Assembly (NCBI GenBank): GCA_038087875.1
Contig: JAXLNO010000062.1
Coordinates: 310,001 to 374,000 of the forward strand
DNA length: 64,000 nt
Origin: Malacoraja senta
Taxonomy: Eukaryota
Direction: 5' to 3'
A program made the position numbers and the translations under genes. How positions within the stretch are numbered: the stretch's first letter is position 1; each line of letters begins with the position of its first letter. The notes beneath the pieces are model-generated. The model saw only the letters and a list, made by a program, of their open reading frames with translations, searched no databases and was not told the DNA's origin. This document shows, in pieces, positions 1 through 11,844 of the stretch.

Positions 1-596
1 AGGAAGATGAGTGTGTGGCCAGGATGGTGTGGGTCCTTGATGATGCTGCCAGCCTTTTTGAGGCAGCGACTGTGGTAGATCCCCTCGATGGAAGGGAGGT
101 CAGAGCCGATGATGGACTGGGCAGTGTTTACTACTTTTTGTAGTCTTTTCCTCTCCAGGGCACTCAAGTTGCCGAACCAAGCCACGATGCAACCGGTCAG
201 CATGCTCTCTACTGTGCACCTGTAGAAGTTAGAGAGAGTCCTCCTTGACAAACCGACTCTCCGTAATCTTCTCAGGAAGTAGAGGCGCTGATGTGCTTTC
301 TTAATAATAGCATCATTGTTCTCGGACCAGGAAAAATCTTCAGAGATGTGCACGCCCAGGAATTTGAACCTCTTGACCCTTTCAACCATCGACCCGTTGA
401 TATAAACGGGACTGTCGGTCCCCATCCTACTCCTTCCAAAGTCCACAATCAGTTTCTTGGTTTTGCTGGTGTTGAGGGCCAGGTTGTTGTGCTGGCACCA
501 TATGGACAGTTGCTCGATCTCTCTTCTATACTCTGACTCATCCCCGTAAGGGATACGTCCCACAACAGTGGTGTCATCAGCGAACTTGATGATGGA
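1..596 (-). mobile_element. Rex1/Babar non-LTR retrotransposon fragment (RT C-terminal part)
   Basis: Minus strand reads IIKFADDTTVVG..QRLYFLRRL..IKDPHHPGHTL, typical of Rex1/Babar. Confidence 0.8.
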
Positions 597-682
597 GGAA
601 GCCTTGTTTGAGCTCACAGTCAGGTGGGGGCTGTAAAGCTTCACTTGGTTCCAGTTGGATTGTCTGGTCCCTGTATTGTCTT

Positions 683-1005
683 AGATAGACGCAAAATGCT
701 GGAGTAACTCAACAGGACAGGCAGCATCTCTGGAGAGAAGGAATGGGTGACGTTTCTGGTCTAGATGTTTCTTCAGACAGATATCGGGAGTGGGAGGTAC
801 ATAGATAAGGAAGTGTGTAGACAAGGAAATCTATGTTTATAGATAAGGATATCTCCCACTCCCCTGACATCAGTCTGAAGAAGGATGTCGACAGGAAACG
901 TCACCCATTCCTTCGCTCCAGCGATGATGCCTGTCCCGCTGAGTTTCTCTAGCATTTTGTGTCCATCTTTGGTGTAAAGCAGCATCTGCAGTTCCTTCCT
1001 ACACA
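683..1005. mobile_element. Penelope-derived terminal repeat pair in inverted orientation
   Basis: 683-795 is approximately the reverse complement of 852-968. Both arms carry the (A)GTCTGAAGAA..GAAACGTCACC motif also found at the 3' end of the Penelope element at 13043-14197. Confidence 0.7.
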
Positions 1006-1136
1006 AGCCATTTGGGCAGGCCGGTGGGGGTGAGTAGGAGGGGTTGGGGGAGACGTGTAAAATCACAAAGGATAGTGAGTGTGGAGAAGTCGTGTCAGAA
1101 TGACAAGGTCACTGTGTTGACGGTGCAGGTTTAAAA

Positions 1137-1405
1137 GGGTGGCACGGTGGCGCAGTGTAGAGTTGCTGCCTTCCAGCACTTGCGGCATCAGAGACCAGAG
1201 TTCGATCCCGACTACAGGTGCTGTATTTACAGAGTTTGTATGTTCTCCTCGAGGGTTTTCTCGGAGACCTTCCGTTTCCTCCCAAGCTCCAATGACATAC
1301 AGACTTGTTGGTTAATTGGCTTTGTATAAATGTAAAATTGTCCCTAGTGTGTTTAGGGTAGAGTTAATGTGCAGGGATTGCTGGTCGGTGGGTCGAAGGC
1401 TTGTT
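1137..1405 (+). mobile_element. tRNA-derived V-SINE (HE1-like)
   Basis: A box (TGGCGCAGTG), B box (GTTCGATCC), V-domain-like ..TTTCCTCCCA..TCCAA.GAC.., CR1-like 3' end. Confidence 0.8.
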
Positions 1406-2232
1406 TCCGCGCTCTACCTAAACTCTACAGTGATTGGAAACAACCAGCGCTGGGTTTCTTGGTTTTTGGTCACATTTGCTCTGAAACAGAGAAGGAAGCA
1501 GATCCGGTGAACTTCTCAAAGAAACTGGAGAAATGATGGAATTGGAATGGGTTTGCAGGCCAGTGGGGGAAGAGCGAGGGGCAGGGGGGTGGTGATTGTT
1601 CAAGCATTTGTAACTATCTTCCGTTCAGGCAGCGGGCGCAGGCAGCCATGTGTTAGAACCTTGATACAGCTAGTTATAACTAGTCCCAAAGACGTGCGGA
1701 TTTGTAGCTTTATTGGCCTCTGTTAATTGTCTCTAGTGTGGAAGGGAGTGGATGTGAAAATGAGGTAGCTTTGGGGTTATGGGGAGAAGGTGGGAGAATG
1801 GAGATGATGGGGAAAGATAGATCAGCCATGATTGAATGGTGTAGTAAATGATGGGCCGAATGGCAATTCTGCTCCTTGAACATGAACTTATGTACATAGA
1901 ACTAGTATGAAAGGGAGATTGATGGTCAGCATGGACTCGATGGGCCAAGGCGCCTAGATCCTTTCTGTACCTCAGGTTTAGCTTTATTATTATTACATGT
2001 GGGGCTGGTGTGCAGTGAAAACCTTTGTTTTGTAAGCTATCCAATCAAATCAGATAAAAAATATTCATCAATACAATCGCCAAATCAAGTTCAATAGGTA
2101 GAGCAAAGGGGAAGATACAGAGTGCAGAATATAGTTCTCAGCATTGTAGTGAAATAAACTGAGCTAAACTGAGGTGCAGTGTTCTGGGACGCTTTGCCAG
2201 TTATCACGTGGCCTGTGGCTTGTGTTGTCTGA

Positions 2233-2545
2233 GATCTTAAGGGGTTGGACAGGCTAGATGCAGGAAGATTGTTCTCGATGTTGGGGAAGTCCAGAACAAG
2301 GGGGAAGTCTTTTAGGACCGAGATGAGAAAAACATTTTTCACACAGAGAGTGGTGAATCTCTGGAATTCTCTGCCACAGAAGGTAGTTGAGGCCAGTTCA
2401 TTGGCTATATTTAAGAGGGAGTTAGATGTGGCCCTTGTGGCTAAAGGGATCAGGGGGTATGGAGAGAAGGCAGGTACGGGATACTGAGTTGGATGATCAG
2501 CCATGATAATATTGAATGGCCTACTCCTGCACCTATTTTCTATGT
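2233..2545 (+). mobile_element. CR1 LINE 3' fragment with internal deletions
   Basis: ..FFTQRVVNLWNSLPQKVVEA..GYGEKAGTGY* plus the CR1 3'UTR. Confidence 0.85.
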
Positions 2546-3019
2546 TATCTGCTGTTTGGGCACAGCCTCGCATGTTGAGTGGACGCAGTGTTGGCCCTGC
2601 AGGTGGTACTGGCTGTCGCCAGCCTGTTGAAAAATAAAAACACGCAGATGCTGGAAGTCCGAAATGAAAACGGGAGACGCGTTGTAAGCTTTGCAGGTCT
2701 GACCCCATTAATGTGTCAGGTCATCGACCCTCCATTGAAAGAGTCACAAAACAGAGAAACAGGCCCTTCAGCCCTACTCCTCGTCCATGCCGACAAAGGA
2801 GCCTTCCCGGGCTGCTCCCATTTGCTTGTGTTTGGCCCATATCCCTCTAAACCTTTACAATCTGTATCCCTCACCAAACGTCTTTTAAACACTGAAAATC
2901 ACTTCCTCTGGCAGTTCGTTCCATGTCCCCTCCACTCTCTGTTGGAAAGGTTGCCCCTCAGGTTGCCGTAAAATCATTCTCCTGTCACCCACGCCTCTAG
3001 CCCCTAGTTGTAGAATCCC

Positions 3020-4116
3020 CGACAATAGGTGCAGGAGTAGGCCATTCGGCACTTAAAGCCAGCACTGCCATTCAATGTGATCATGGCTGATCATCCACAA
3101 TCAGTACCCAATTTCTGCCTTCTCCCCATATTCCCTAACTCCTCTATCTTTAAGGGCCCTATCAAGCTCTCTCTTGAATGTATCCAGAGAACTGGCTCCA
3201 CCGCCCTCTGAGGCAGAGAATTCCACAGACTCACAACACTGTGTGAAAAAGTGTTTCCTCATCTCCATTCTAAATGGCTTGCCCCTTATTCTTAAACTGT
3301 GGCCCCTGGTTCTGGACTCCCCCAACATCGGAAACATGTTTCCTGCCTCTAATGTATCCAAACCCTTAACAATCTTATATATTTCAATAAGATCCCCTCT
3401 CAGACTTTTAAATTCCAGAGTATACAAGCCCAACCGCTCCATTCTCTCAGCATATGACAGTCCCGCCATCCTGGAAATTAACCTTCTGAAGCTACGTTGC
3501 ACTCCCTCAATAGCAAGAATGTCCTTCCTCAAATTAGGGGACCAAAACTGTACACAATACTCCAGGTGTGGTCTCACTAGGGCTCTGTACAACTGCAGAA
3601 GGACCTCTTTGCTCCTATATTCGATTCCTCTTGTTATAAAAGCCAACATGCCATTCGCTTTCTTCACTGCCTGCTGTACCTGCATGCTTACTTTCATAGA
3701 CTGATGTACAAGGACCCCAGATCCATTTTTCCGAAATTGACACCATTTAGATAGTAATCTGCCTTCCTGTTTTTGCTACCAAAGTGGATAACCTCACATT
3801 TATCCACATTAAACTGCATCTGCCCACTCCCCCAACCTGTCCGAGTCACCCTGCATTCTCACAGCATCCTCCTCACATTTCACACTGCCACCCATCTTTG
3901 TGTCATCTGCAAATTTGTTCATGTTACTTTGAATCCCTTCATCCAAATCATTGATATATATTATAAATAGCTGCGGTCCCAGCACCGAGCCTTGCGGTAC
4001 CCCACTAGTCACTGCCTGCCATTCTGAAAGGGTCCCGTTAATCCCTACTCTTTGTTTCCTGTCTACCAATCAATTCTCTATCCATGTCAGCACTCTACCC
4101 CCAATACCATGTGCCC
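3020..4116 (-). mobile_element. CR1 LINE 5'-truncated copy
   Basis: SGVPQGSVLGP, KFADDTK, LVRPHLEYCVQFWSP and the 3'UTR on the minus strand. Confidence 0.92.
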
Positions 4117-4312
4117 TGCCATGTGCAGGGAGGGTGTGTAGGATGACAACAATGTGTTCCCCACCCCCTCCCTCTCTGGGCCAGCGGGCAGGGTGCCAGT
4201 GCCCAGTGCAGGGCTGCCCCTCACACTGTCTTTTTCTTTGCTCGCAGTTAGTGCGGAAGACTGGCAGTGCCGTGCTGGGGCTGAGGCTCAGGGTGGTGGT
4301 GCTACGGTGAGG

Positions 4313-4434
4313 ATGTCCTGCCGCAGTCCCCATCTGGCCACCAACGGCTACTACCAGCACAACGACGATGCCTCCAGCAGCAGCGGAGGCTCCACCAAAT
4401 CCGGCGCTCCCTCTTACAAGGAGACTCCCGTCAG
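4313..4434 (+). CDS. SUN2: SUN2-like first coding exon (MSCRSPHLATNGYYQHNDDASSSSGGSTKSGAPSYKETPV-R); exon acceptor at 4247/4248
   Basis: Pyrimidine tract plus CAG ending at 4247, ATG at 4313, donor AG|gtacgt at 4434 (phase 2). Resembles the SUN2 N-terminus MSRRSQRL..DDDGSSSSGGSS..FKDSPLR. Confidence 0.85.
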
Positions 4435-5181
4435 GTACGTCTATCTAACTCTCTCTTGTCTCCTTCCCCCCCCCTCCCTCTCGTTCTTTCCTCTCTAAGC
4501 TATGCTCCTGTCTAACAGTAAAGATGCAGCCTCCACCCTTGTACCTCACTCAGGGAGCTGTGTATCACAACTCCAACTCCCCCCACCCTCACCTCCCCCA
4601 GCCCCGCCTCCCAAGTCCCAATCCCTCCCTCCCATTCCCCCCTCCCCCCAACCCCAACTGAACCTTTCCCTACAGACAAAAACTCAAGGAAAGTTCCAAC
4701 AGCCTCTTCTTTCCTGCTTGGAATCTGAGGTGGAGGATGATCGGATGTAGGGTATATCTTCCATAGGCCAAGGGCAGGGTTGCCGTGACAATAAGTTGTT
4801 GATGAAGCCATTGGGTTGATGGGCTCATGAGGTATGTTGGAGGGAATGTGAACAGGGACTGCCTGACCCGCTGAGTTACTCCAGCACTTTGTAACTTTTT
4901 TTTATAAACCAGCATCTGCAGTTCCTTGAGGAGGGGGAGAGGGAGAGAGAGAGAGCGTCATGATGTTCCTTCCCCGCGTGAAACAATCTTCTTCCCCCCC
5001 CTTTCCCAGCTCTGACAAGCGACTCTCTCCATCTATCCCCCACCCAAGTCGCACCAGCTTCTCATTCTCACTTAGCAAATAGCTAACAATGGCCAGTTTC
5101 CTTTATCATCGTTACTTTTTTGCTTCTCTTTCGCAGTCCTGGTCTGCCTCCATCCTAAATCGTTGCCCTTTATCATTTCAG

Positions 5182-5359
5182 GTTGCACAAGAATAGGTCA
5201 AACAGCAAGTGGCCGGGACCTGTGCCTGGTGTCAAAGTTCGCCGTCCAACAGTTCAGTGAACAGTCTGAATAGCTACATCAGCAACGTCAGCAACGCCTC
5301 CAAGCGCTCTCAGCACTCTCTGCACCTCGGCAGCAGCAGCGGCTGGCAGGAGCCCGTCG
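5182..5359 (+). CDS. SUN2: SUN2-like exon 2 (frameshifted)
   Basis: tttcag| acceptor and G|gtacgt donor. The entry frame gives RLHKNRSNSKWPG..TVQ* and the exit frame gives ..QSSPSNSSVNSLNSYISNVSNASKRSQ... A length of 178 nt does not fit phase 2 to phase 1. Confidence 0.65.
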
Positions 5360-5407
5360 GTACGTGTCCGGGGAGGGCAGCGCGGGGGGTGGAAGTAGGG
5401 CACCGGC

Positions 5408-5640
5408 GCATTTCTTTAGTCAGAGGGTGGTGAATCAGTGGAATTCATTGCCAATGAAGGCTGTGGAGGCCAAGTCAGTGAATATTTTTAAGGCAGAGAT
5501 AGACAGATTCTTCATTAGTGCAAGGGTTATGGGGAGACGCAGGAGAATGCGGTCAGGTGGAGAGATAGTTCTGCCATGATGGAATGTCAGAGTAGAATTG
5601 ATGGGCCGAATGGCCTAATTCTCGTCCTATCACTTATGAG
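5408..5640 (+). mobile_element. CR1 3' end fragment
   Basis: FFSQRVVNQWNSLP..AVEAKS and a 3'UTR gggccgaatggcct. Confidence 0.8.
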
Positions 5641-6037
5641 CTTTTGACGTCAGTGTTCTTAAAGCCTTAACCCTTCCCTCCAACAGACTGGTTCAGGGCT
5701 TCTCCTTGGTTTAGAGTATCGCAATCACTGGTGCACGTCGGAGACTCGTGCTGCAGTTTCTCAGTTTTAGTTGGAAACGAGCCCTTTGCCCCAACGAGTC
5801 GGCGCTGACCAGCGATCATCACACAGCTGCTGTGAGACTTTGCCTATCCCGCTGGGAGGTGGGCGGGCGGACAGGAGAGGGGCGCACTGCCGCTCTGCTG
5901 TGGGGCCTGTGTGTGGTAACACACTCGGTTCAGTTACTGTGGGGAGCTCTGGGTCGGGGTCTGATGCCCCCTGGTGGTGGGAGGTGACCGACACCGAGCT
6001 GCAGTTACTGAGAGGCGAGGGATTATACCTTCCTTTA

Positions 6038-6841
6038 TAGGAAGGAACTGCAGATGCTGGTTTACACTAAAGATAGACACAAAATGCTGGGGTAACTCAG
6101 CGGGACAGGCAGCATGAGGTCATAAGTGATAGGAGCAGAATTAGTCCATGTGTCCCATCTATCGTTCCCTCCTAACTCCATTCTCCTACCTTCTCCCCGT
6201 AACCCCTGACACCCGTACTAATCAAGAATCTATCTATCTTGCATTAAAAATACCCACTGATTAGCCTCCACACGCTTCTGTGGCAAAGATTCACCACCCT
6301 CTGACTAAAGACATTCCTCCTTATCTCCTTCCAAAAGGAGCGTTGTTTAATTTTGATGCTATGAACTCTAGTCCTCAACTCTCCCACAAGTGGAAACATC
6401 CTCTCCACATCCACTCTATCCAAACCTTTCACTTTTCGGTAAGTTTCAATGAGGTCCCCCTTCATTCTTCTAAACTCCAGCGAATACAGGCCCAGTGCCG
6501 TCAAACGCCTTTCTGGAGAGAAAGAATGGGCGACGTTTCGATCGAGAACCTTCTTCAGACTTAGTCAGAGGAGAGGGCGATCTGGAAGGGTAAGGTGTGA
6601 AAACGAGAGATCAAAGGGGACAAAGATGAAGGAAAATGTAGAATAGATCATTGTTAGCTAGGGGAAGGTGACAACAAAGCAAACAAAGATAAAATGTAAT
6701 CAGGAGGACAGTTAAACTGGCCGGAGAACTAGGATGGTGGAGGGATGGAGAGAGAGAGGGAAAACAAGGGTTACTTGAAGTTAGAGAGGTCAACATCATA
6801 TCGTTGGGTTGTAAGGTGTCCAAGCGAAATATGAGGTGCTG
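6038..6841 (-). mobile_element. Penelope 3' fragment with a nested CR1 fragment (about 6118-6505, minus)
   Basis: The Penelope tail is split after ..ggcagcat and resumes at ttctggagag... It ends in sequence encoding QHLIFRL. The CR1 piece reads LGLYSLEFRR..FSQRVVNL. Confidence 0.75.
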
Positions 6842-6891
6842 TAATATTTTCCTGTGCTGACTTGCCTCGGTAACCTGTATCTCGCATCCAG

Positions 6892-7038
6892 CAGCCTCAA
6901 GGCCGTCCAGCTTTGTGGACAGCTACGAAGAGAAATTAAACAGAGCATACGGCAGGATGGGGATACTGACAGCGCCTTCCACTTCTTCCAACATCTACTT
7001 GTCGTCCACATCTGACAACTCCCAGGATGAGCTGCAGG
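6892..7038 (+). CDS. SUN2: SUN2-like exon 3 (ASRPSSFVDSYEEKLNRAYG..SSTSDNSQDELQ-G)
   Basis: catccag| acceptor, strong G|gtaagt donor, 147 nt open, phase 1-1. Confidence 0.7.
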
Positions 7039-7208
7039 GTAAGTGAAATGTTCATCATCTCACCCCCCCACGTCCCTCATCCTGAATAGCTAACGTGCGG
7101 CACGTTGCACTATCGGTAGAGAGGACACACTGGCTGGGGCTGGAACAGAGGCTTTAGGGATTTCATATTGAAGTTGGGCAGTGGGGCGGCTGAGCGGGCA
7201 CTTGATGA

Positions 7209-7615
7209 GTGGGTGAGAGGTGTTACTAGGGTGGGGACAGGGTGGGTGGGAGATGTTACTAGGGTGGGGACAGGGTGGGTGAGAGGTGTTACTAGGGTGG
7301 GGACAGGGTGGGTGGGAGATGTTACTAGGGTGGGGCAGATAGATGGGGGCAGTTACTAGGGCATGGACAAGGTGGGTTGGTGAGTGGAGGATGTAACCAG
7401 GGTGGGGACAAGGTGGGTGTGGTAGATGTTAGGCGTGGGCACTGGGTGAATTGGGGATGTTGCTAAGGTGTGGACGGGGGGGTGAGTGGAGGATGTGGGG
7501 GGGTGAGGGGAGGATGTGGGAGGGGGGTGAGTGGAGTATGTTGGGTGTGGGGGGGGGTGAGTGGAGGATGTTGGGGGGTGGGGGTGAGTGGAGGATGTTG
7601 GGGGGTGGGGGTGAA
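7209..7615. repeat. G-rich minisatellites: 33-bp unit (TGTTACTAGGGTGGGGACAGGGTGGGTG..) x4, then about 25-bp GGGTGAGTGGAGGATGT(T)GGGG units
   Basis: TGTTACT recurs at 7221, 7254, 7287 and 7320. A second array runs from about 7480 to 7615. Confidence 0.85.
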
Positions 7616-8731
7616 CACCCCGTAGCTGGAGCAGGGTGAGGTTGAGTGGGCTATGACAAGGCGCGGGTGTCGGGACATGGGGTGGGTACATGTGCTGTTA
7701 CTGGGAAGGGGGTGAGGGACATGTAAGTGGGCTCACGGTGGGGAGGGTAAATGGAGCGGGTGGGGTGTGAGGGTCCGTTACTGGGGCAGGTGAGGGGCTG
7801 TTAGTGAGGTGGGCTGTGGGTGGGTGAGTGGGCCGTGGACTGACACTGGGCAGGAGCTGAACGTGTTGTACAGGATTGTAGATTTCCCAGATGCTGGGTT
7901 ACATCAGGGGGACTGAGCTGTTATTTGGGGCAGCTAATCACCATTCATTCACACACACATATGTACACACAAAAAAACAAACACAAAAAATAGGCTGTTG
8001 ACATTTGACGCCACAAACTCCCCCTGCATAGCGCCTGTTCACCAAGGTGTGGAAAGTGATGCAGCTTCTGCTAAAGAGCATCGTTCCATTGTAATCTTCA
8101 GGTTGTATCAGCAGCAACACCCTGTGTATCCATCCACTTAAAATCATTAATGAATCCACTTCCTGCAGCGTTTTGGAGAGAATATTCTGGATCCTGTCAG
8201 TATTGAATCTGTGACCTCTGTTTACTGATCCCTCAATAGCAAAACCTTTCTCGTGTAAAACCCTGCGACAAACTTCAACGTTTGATAGGTCATCTCTTTT
8301 ACCTTCTCTGTTCCGAGAGGACTCCTAACTTTTCCAAATTACTCTTTACTGTAATTCTAGACACTGTCTAAATCAATTCTTAGGCTTGAAGTCTGAAGAA
8401 GGGTCCCGACCCAAAACGTCACCCATCCTTTTTCAGACAGAGATGCTGCCTGACCTGCTGAGTTACTCCAGAACTTTGTGTCTATCTTAGGCTTTTGACA
8501 TCCTTCCTTTAGTTTAGTTTAGAGATACAGAAAGGAAACAGGCCCTTCGGCCCACCAAGTCGGCACCGATCAGCGATCCCTGCACACTAACAGTTGAGTC
8601 GTGGGCGGATCAGTTGCATGGTGCTTTTGTGAACAGCAGCACAAACATTGGGCCACGTGGCCCTTTGAACATTGTAAACCTTGAGAGAAGTTTGCGTTGT
8701 TGACAACTTGCTCTTCTTTCCCACCCTCCAG

Positions 8732-8794
8732 GTTTGGCGTACTCTGAATCGGTCTCTCCCCTTGCTGGAGCTGGATCTCGCTGCATGTCTCCAG
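8732..8794 (+). CDS. SUN2: SUN2-like exon 4 (GLAYSESVSPLAGAGSRCMSP)
   Basis: Long pyrimidine tract plus cag|, CCAG|gtacct donor, 63 nt, phase 1-1. Ends in SP like the SUN2 exon (..ATSP-G) that precedes the YWW exon. Confidence 0.55.
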
Positions 8795-9339
8795 GTACCT
8801 GCATTACTAATCTTCCCTCTTCTGTGGTCCATGGCCCCAAAACTCTGCTCCAGTCAACCAGTGCCCTGCTGATACTGGACCCAGTGGTGAGGTAGAGCCC
8901 GCTGCTCCCTCCTTAAACTCCCAGGGATTGCACAAGGCCTGGTCCCCAGTGCTCTGTTGTTCGTGCAGCCTAGGCCCACAGTCAGTGCGGGAGGAAGCCG
9001 CCTTCCAGCTTGGTACTCCAGTGTGTTCCCTCAGCCTGACTGGGTCACTCACTGAGATGAGTGGTGAGTTGCCCAGAGGACCATAGAGTCAAGAGACGAC
9101 TGACTGTCAATGCTCGGTTACTCGATCCCGACTGAAGTCATGTTGTAACACCTAAGGGAGGCCTGGCTTGTGTTCCAGGGTCACTGGGGTGATGAAAGAA
9201 TAGGATCTCCTTTAGATTTCCCCAGCTGTGTGGCACCGAGGACACTTTTGAAATGTAGTGGAGGGTGGTGGCCCGTGGCCAAGCTCGCACGCAGCATAGT
9301 GGTGATCAGCAGACGTGCCCACGTTCAATAAATCTAGAT

Positions 9340-9678
9340 TTCTCTAACTTCAAGTAACCCTCTCTCTCTGTCCCTCCCCCTCCTTAGTCGTTGTACTAGT
9401 TTCACTGTCGTCCTGGTGAGTTTCATTGTCTGTATCATTCGTTAACACCGAGCCCACAGGCAACCAACAATGGATCCTTTCCTTCATCATCGTTACTTTT
9501 TTGCATATCGTTCATTCATTTGTTCCATATCTCTCTACATCACTGTCTATATCGCTTGTTTCCCTTTCCCCTGACTCTCAGTCTGAAGAAGGGTCTCGAC
9601 CCGAAATGTCACCTATTCCTTTTCTCCAGAGATGCTGCCTGACCCGCTGAGTTACTCCAGCTTTTTGTTTCTATCTTT
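9340..9678 (+). mobile_element. Penelope 3' tail fragment
   Basis: tctctaacttcaagtaaccc.., CAGTCTGAAGAAGGGTCTCGACCCGAAATGTCACC, gatgctgcctgacccgctgagttactccagc. Confidence 0.75.
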
Positions 9679-10121
9679 GCCCATGTTGGTTGTGGGATAA
9701 GATTGACTGGGACAGAGGGGGCTGCTATCCATCCACAACCAGGCAATCTGTCTGTGTTGAAAGGTGATACTCCCTGCTCGGTGGAAGTGTCATTGACAAT
9801 CTCCCGTTTATTTAGTCTGGATACAAAAGGAGGCCATTCGGCCCGTCGTGGCCTCTGCAGTAACGCCATCAGTGCTGTTGTCCCGTTGATATCCCTGCGA
9901 CCTATTTTTTCTCGGGTTCCATACAGCTCCTCTGGGTTCTCCTGCCACCACCTTGCGGTGGACTTTCTGTGGTGGTCCTTGCAGGGGAGAAGGTCTTTCA
10001 GCCTGACGTGGTTCCACAGTATCAGTGGGTTCCGTGTTGGAGAGTCTGAGCTCTCTCCGCTTCCACTGATGGGAAGCATCGGGCCCAACGTTGTCTAATG
10101 TTGTGTTGCTGTCTCTTTCAG

Positions 10122-10215
10122 AAGAAGCTCTGCCCCTGGTGTACTGGTGGTTGGGCACAGCCTGGTACCAGTTAACAACGGCCATATCCTTGATCGATGT
10201 CTTAACTCTGTCCAG
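10122..10215 (+). CDS. SUN2: SUN2-like exon 5, hydrophobic segment (EALPLVYWWLGTAWYQLTTAISLIDVLTLS-R)
   Basis: ctttcag| acceptor, AG|gtacg donor, 94 nt, phase 1-2. Clear match to SUN2 RLFRLLYWWAGTTWYRLTTAASLLDVFVLTR. Confidence 0.88.
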
Positions 10216-10361
10216 GTACGTGCTCCGGGGATCCACAGACTCCCTTCCTCCACCTGGTCAACTGAAGCAAAGTCACCCATCCCCTCTGCCTCCTCCATCT
10301 CCCCCCCACCTCTGTACTGAACACACCCTCCCACAGGACACCCAGTCACACTGAACCCCCA

Positions 10362-11537
10362 ACAATAGACAATAGGTGCAGGAGTAGGTCATTCGGCCCT
10401 TCCTTCCATTCAATGTGATCGTGGCTGATCATCCCCCATCAGTACCCCGTTCCTGCCTTCTCCCCATATCCCCTGACTCCGCTATCTTTAAGAGCCGTAT
10501 CTAGCTCTCTCTTGAAAGTATCCAGAGATCCTGCCTCCACTGCCCTCTGAGGCAGAGAATTCCACAGACTAACCACTCTCTGTGAGAAAAAGTGTTTCCT
10601 CTTCGTTCTAAATGGCTTACTCCTTATTCTTAAACTGTGGCCCCTGGTTCTGGACTCCCCCAACATCGGGAACGTGTTTCCTGCCTCTAGCGTGTCCAAG
10701 CCCTTAACAATCTTATATGTTTCAATGAGATGCCCTCTCATCCTTCTAAACTCCAGAGTGTACAAGCCCAGCTGCTCCATTCTCTCAGCATATGACAGTC
10801 CCGCCATCCTGGGAATTAACCTGGTGAACCTACATTGCACTCCCTCAATAGCAAGAATGTCCTTCCTCAAATTAGGGGACCAAAACTGCACACAATACTC
10901 TAGGTGGGGTCTCACGAGGGCTCTGTACAACTGCAGAATGACCTCTTTGCTGCTATATTCGATTCCACTTGTTATAAAGGCCAACATGCCATTCGCTCTA
11001 TTCACTGCCTGCTGTACCTGCATGCTTACTTTCATTGACCGATGAACAAGGACCCCCAGATCCCGTTGTACTTCCCCTTTTCCCAACTTGACGCCATTTA
11101 GATAGTAACATGCCTTCCTGTTTTTGCTACCAAAGCGGATAACCTCACATTTATCCACATTAAACTTCATCTGCCATGCATCTGCCCACTCCCCCAACCT
11201 GTCACCCTGCATTCTCATAGCATCCTTCTCACAGTTCACACTGCAACCCAGCTTTGTGTCATCTGCAAATTTGCTAATGTTACTTTGAATGCCTGCATCC
11301 AAATCATTGATGTATATTGTAAATAGCTGTGTTCCCAGCACCGAGCCTTGCGGTACCCCACTAGTCACTGCCTGCCATTCTTAAAGGGACCCGTTAATCC
11401 CTACTCTTTGTTTCCTGTCTGCCAACCAATTTTCTATCCATGTCAGCACTCTACCCCCAATACCATGTGCCCTACTTTTGCCCACCATTCTCCTATGTGG
11501 GACCTTATCAAATGCTTTCTGAAAGTCTAGGTACATT
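10362..11537 (-). mobile_element. CR1 LINE 5'-truncated copy
   Basis: 309-aa RT C-terminal ORF at 10439-11368 plus YLDFQKAFDKVPH upstream. Confidence 0.93.
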
Positions 11538-11844
11538 ACGTAAACCCAACATGGAACAGCCCACACTCACTGTACCCGACAATGCCTTACAACGCTTACA
11601 GCGGCAAAGACCCAGATTCCATCCTGACTACGGGTGCTGTCTGTTCACAATTTGTGCGTTCTCCCAATGACCTGAGTGGGTTTTTCCCGGTACCTCCGGT
11701 TTCCTCCCACACTCCAAAGACGTACAGGTTTGTAGGTTGATTGGCTTAGTTTAATTGTAAATTGTCCCTAGACGGGGGGGGGGGGGAATCTTGTACAGGA
11801 CAGAGACACGTGAGAGGCTGGAAGTTGGTATGGAGTGTGGTGTG

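Noticed and set aside
7168..7691. Pro/His-rich or Gly/Trp-rich ORFs
   Set aside because: Translations of G-rich minisatellites with no supported splice or homology signal.
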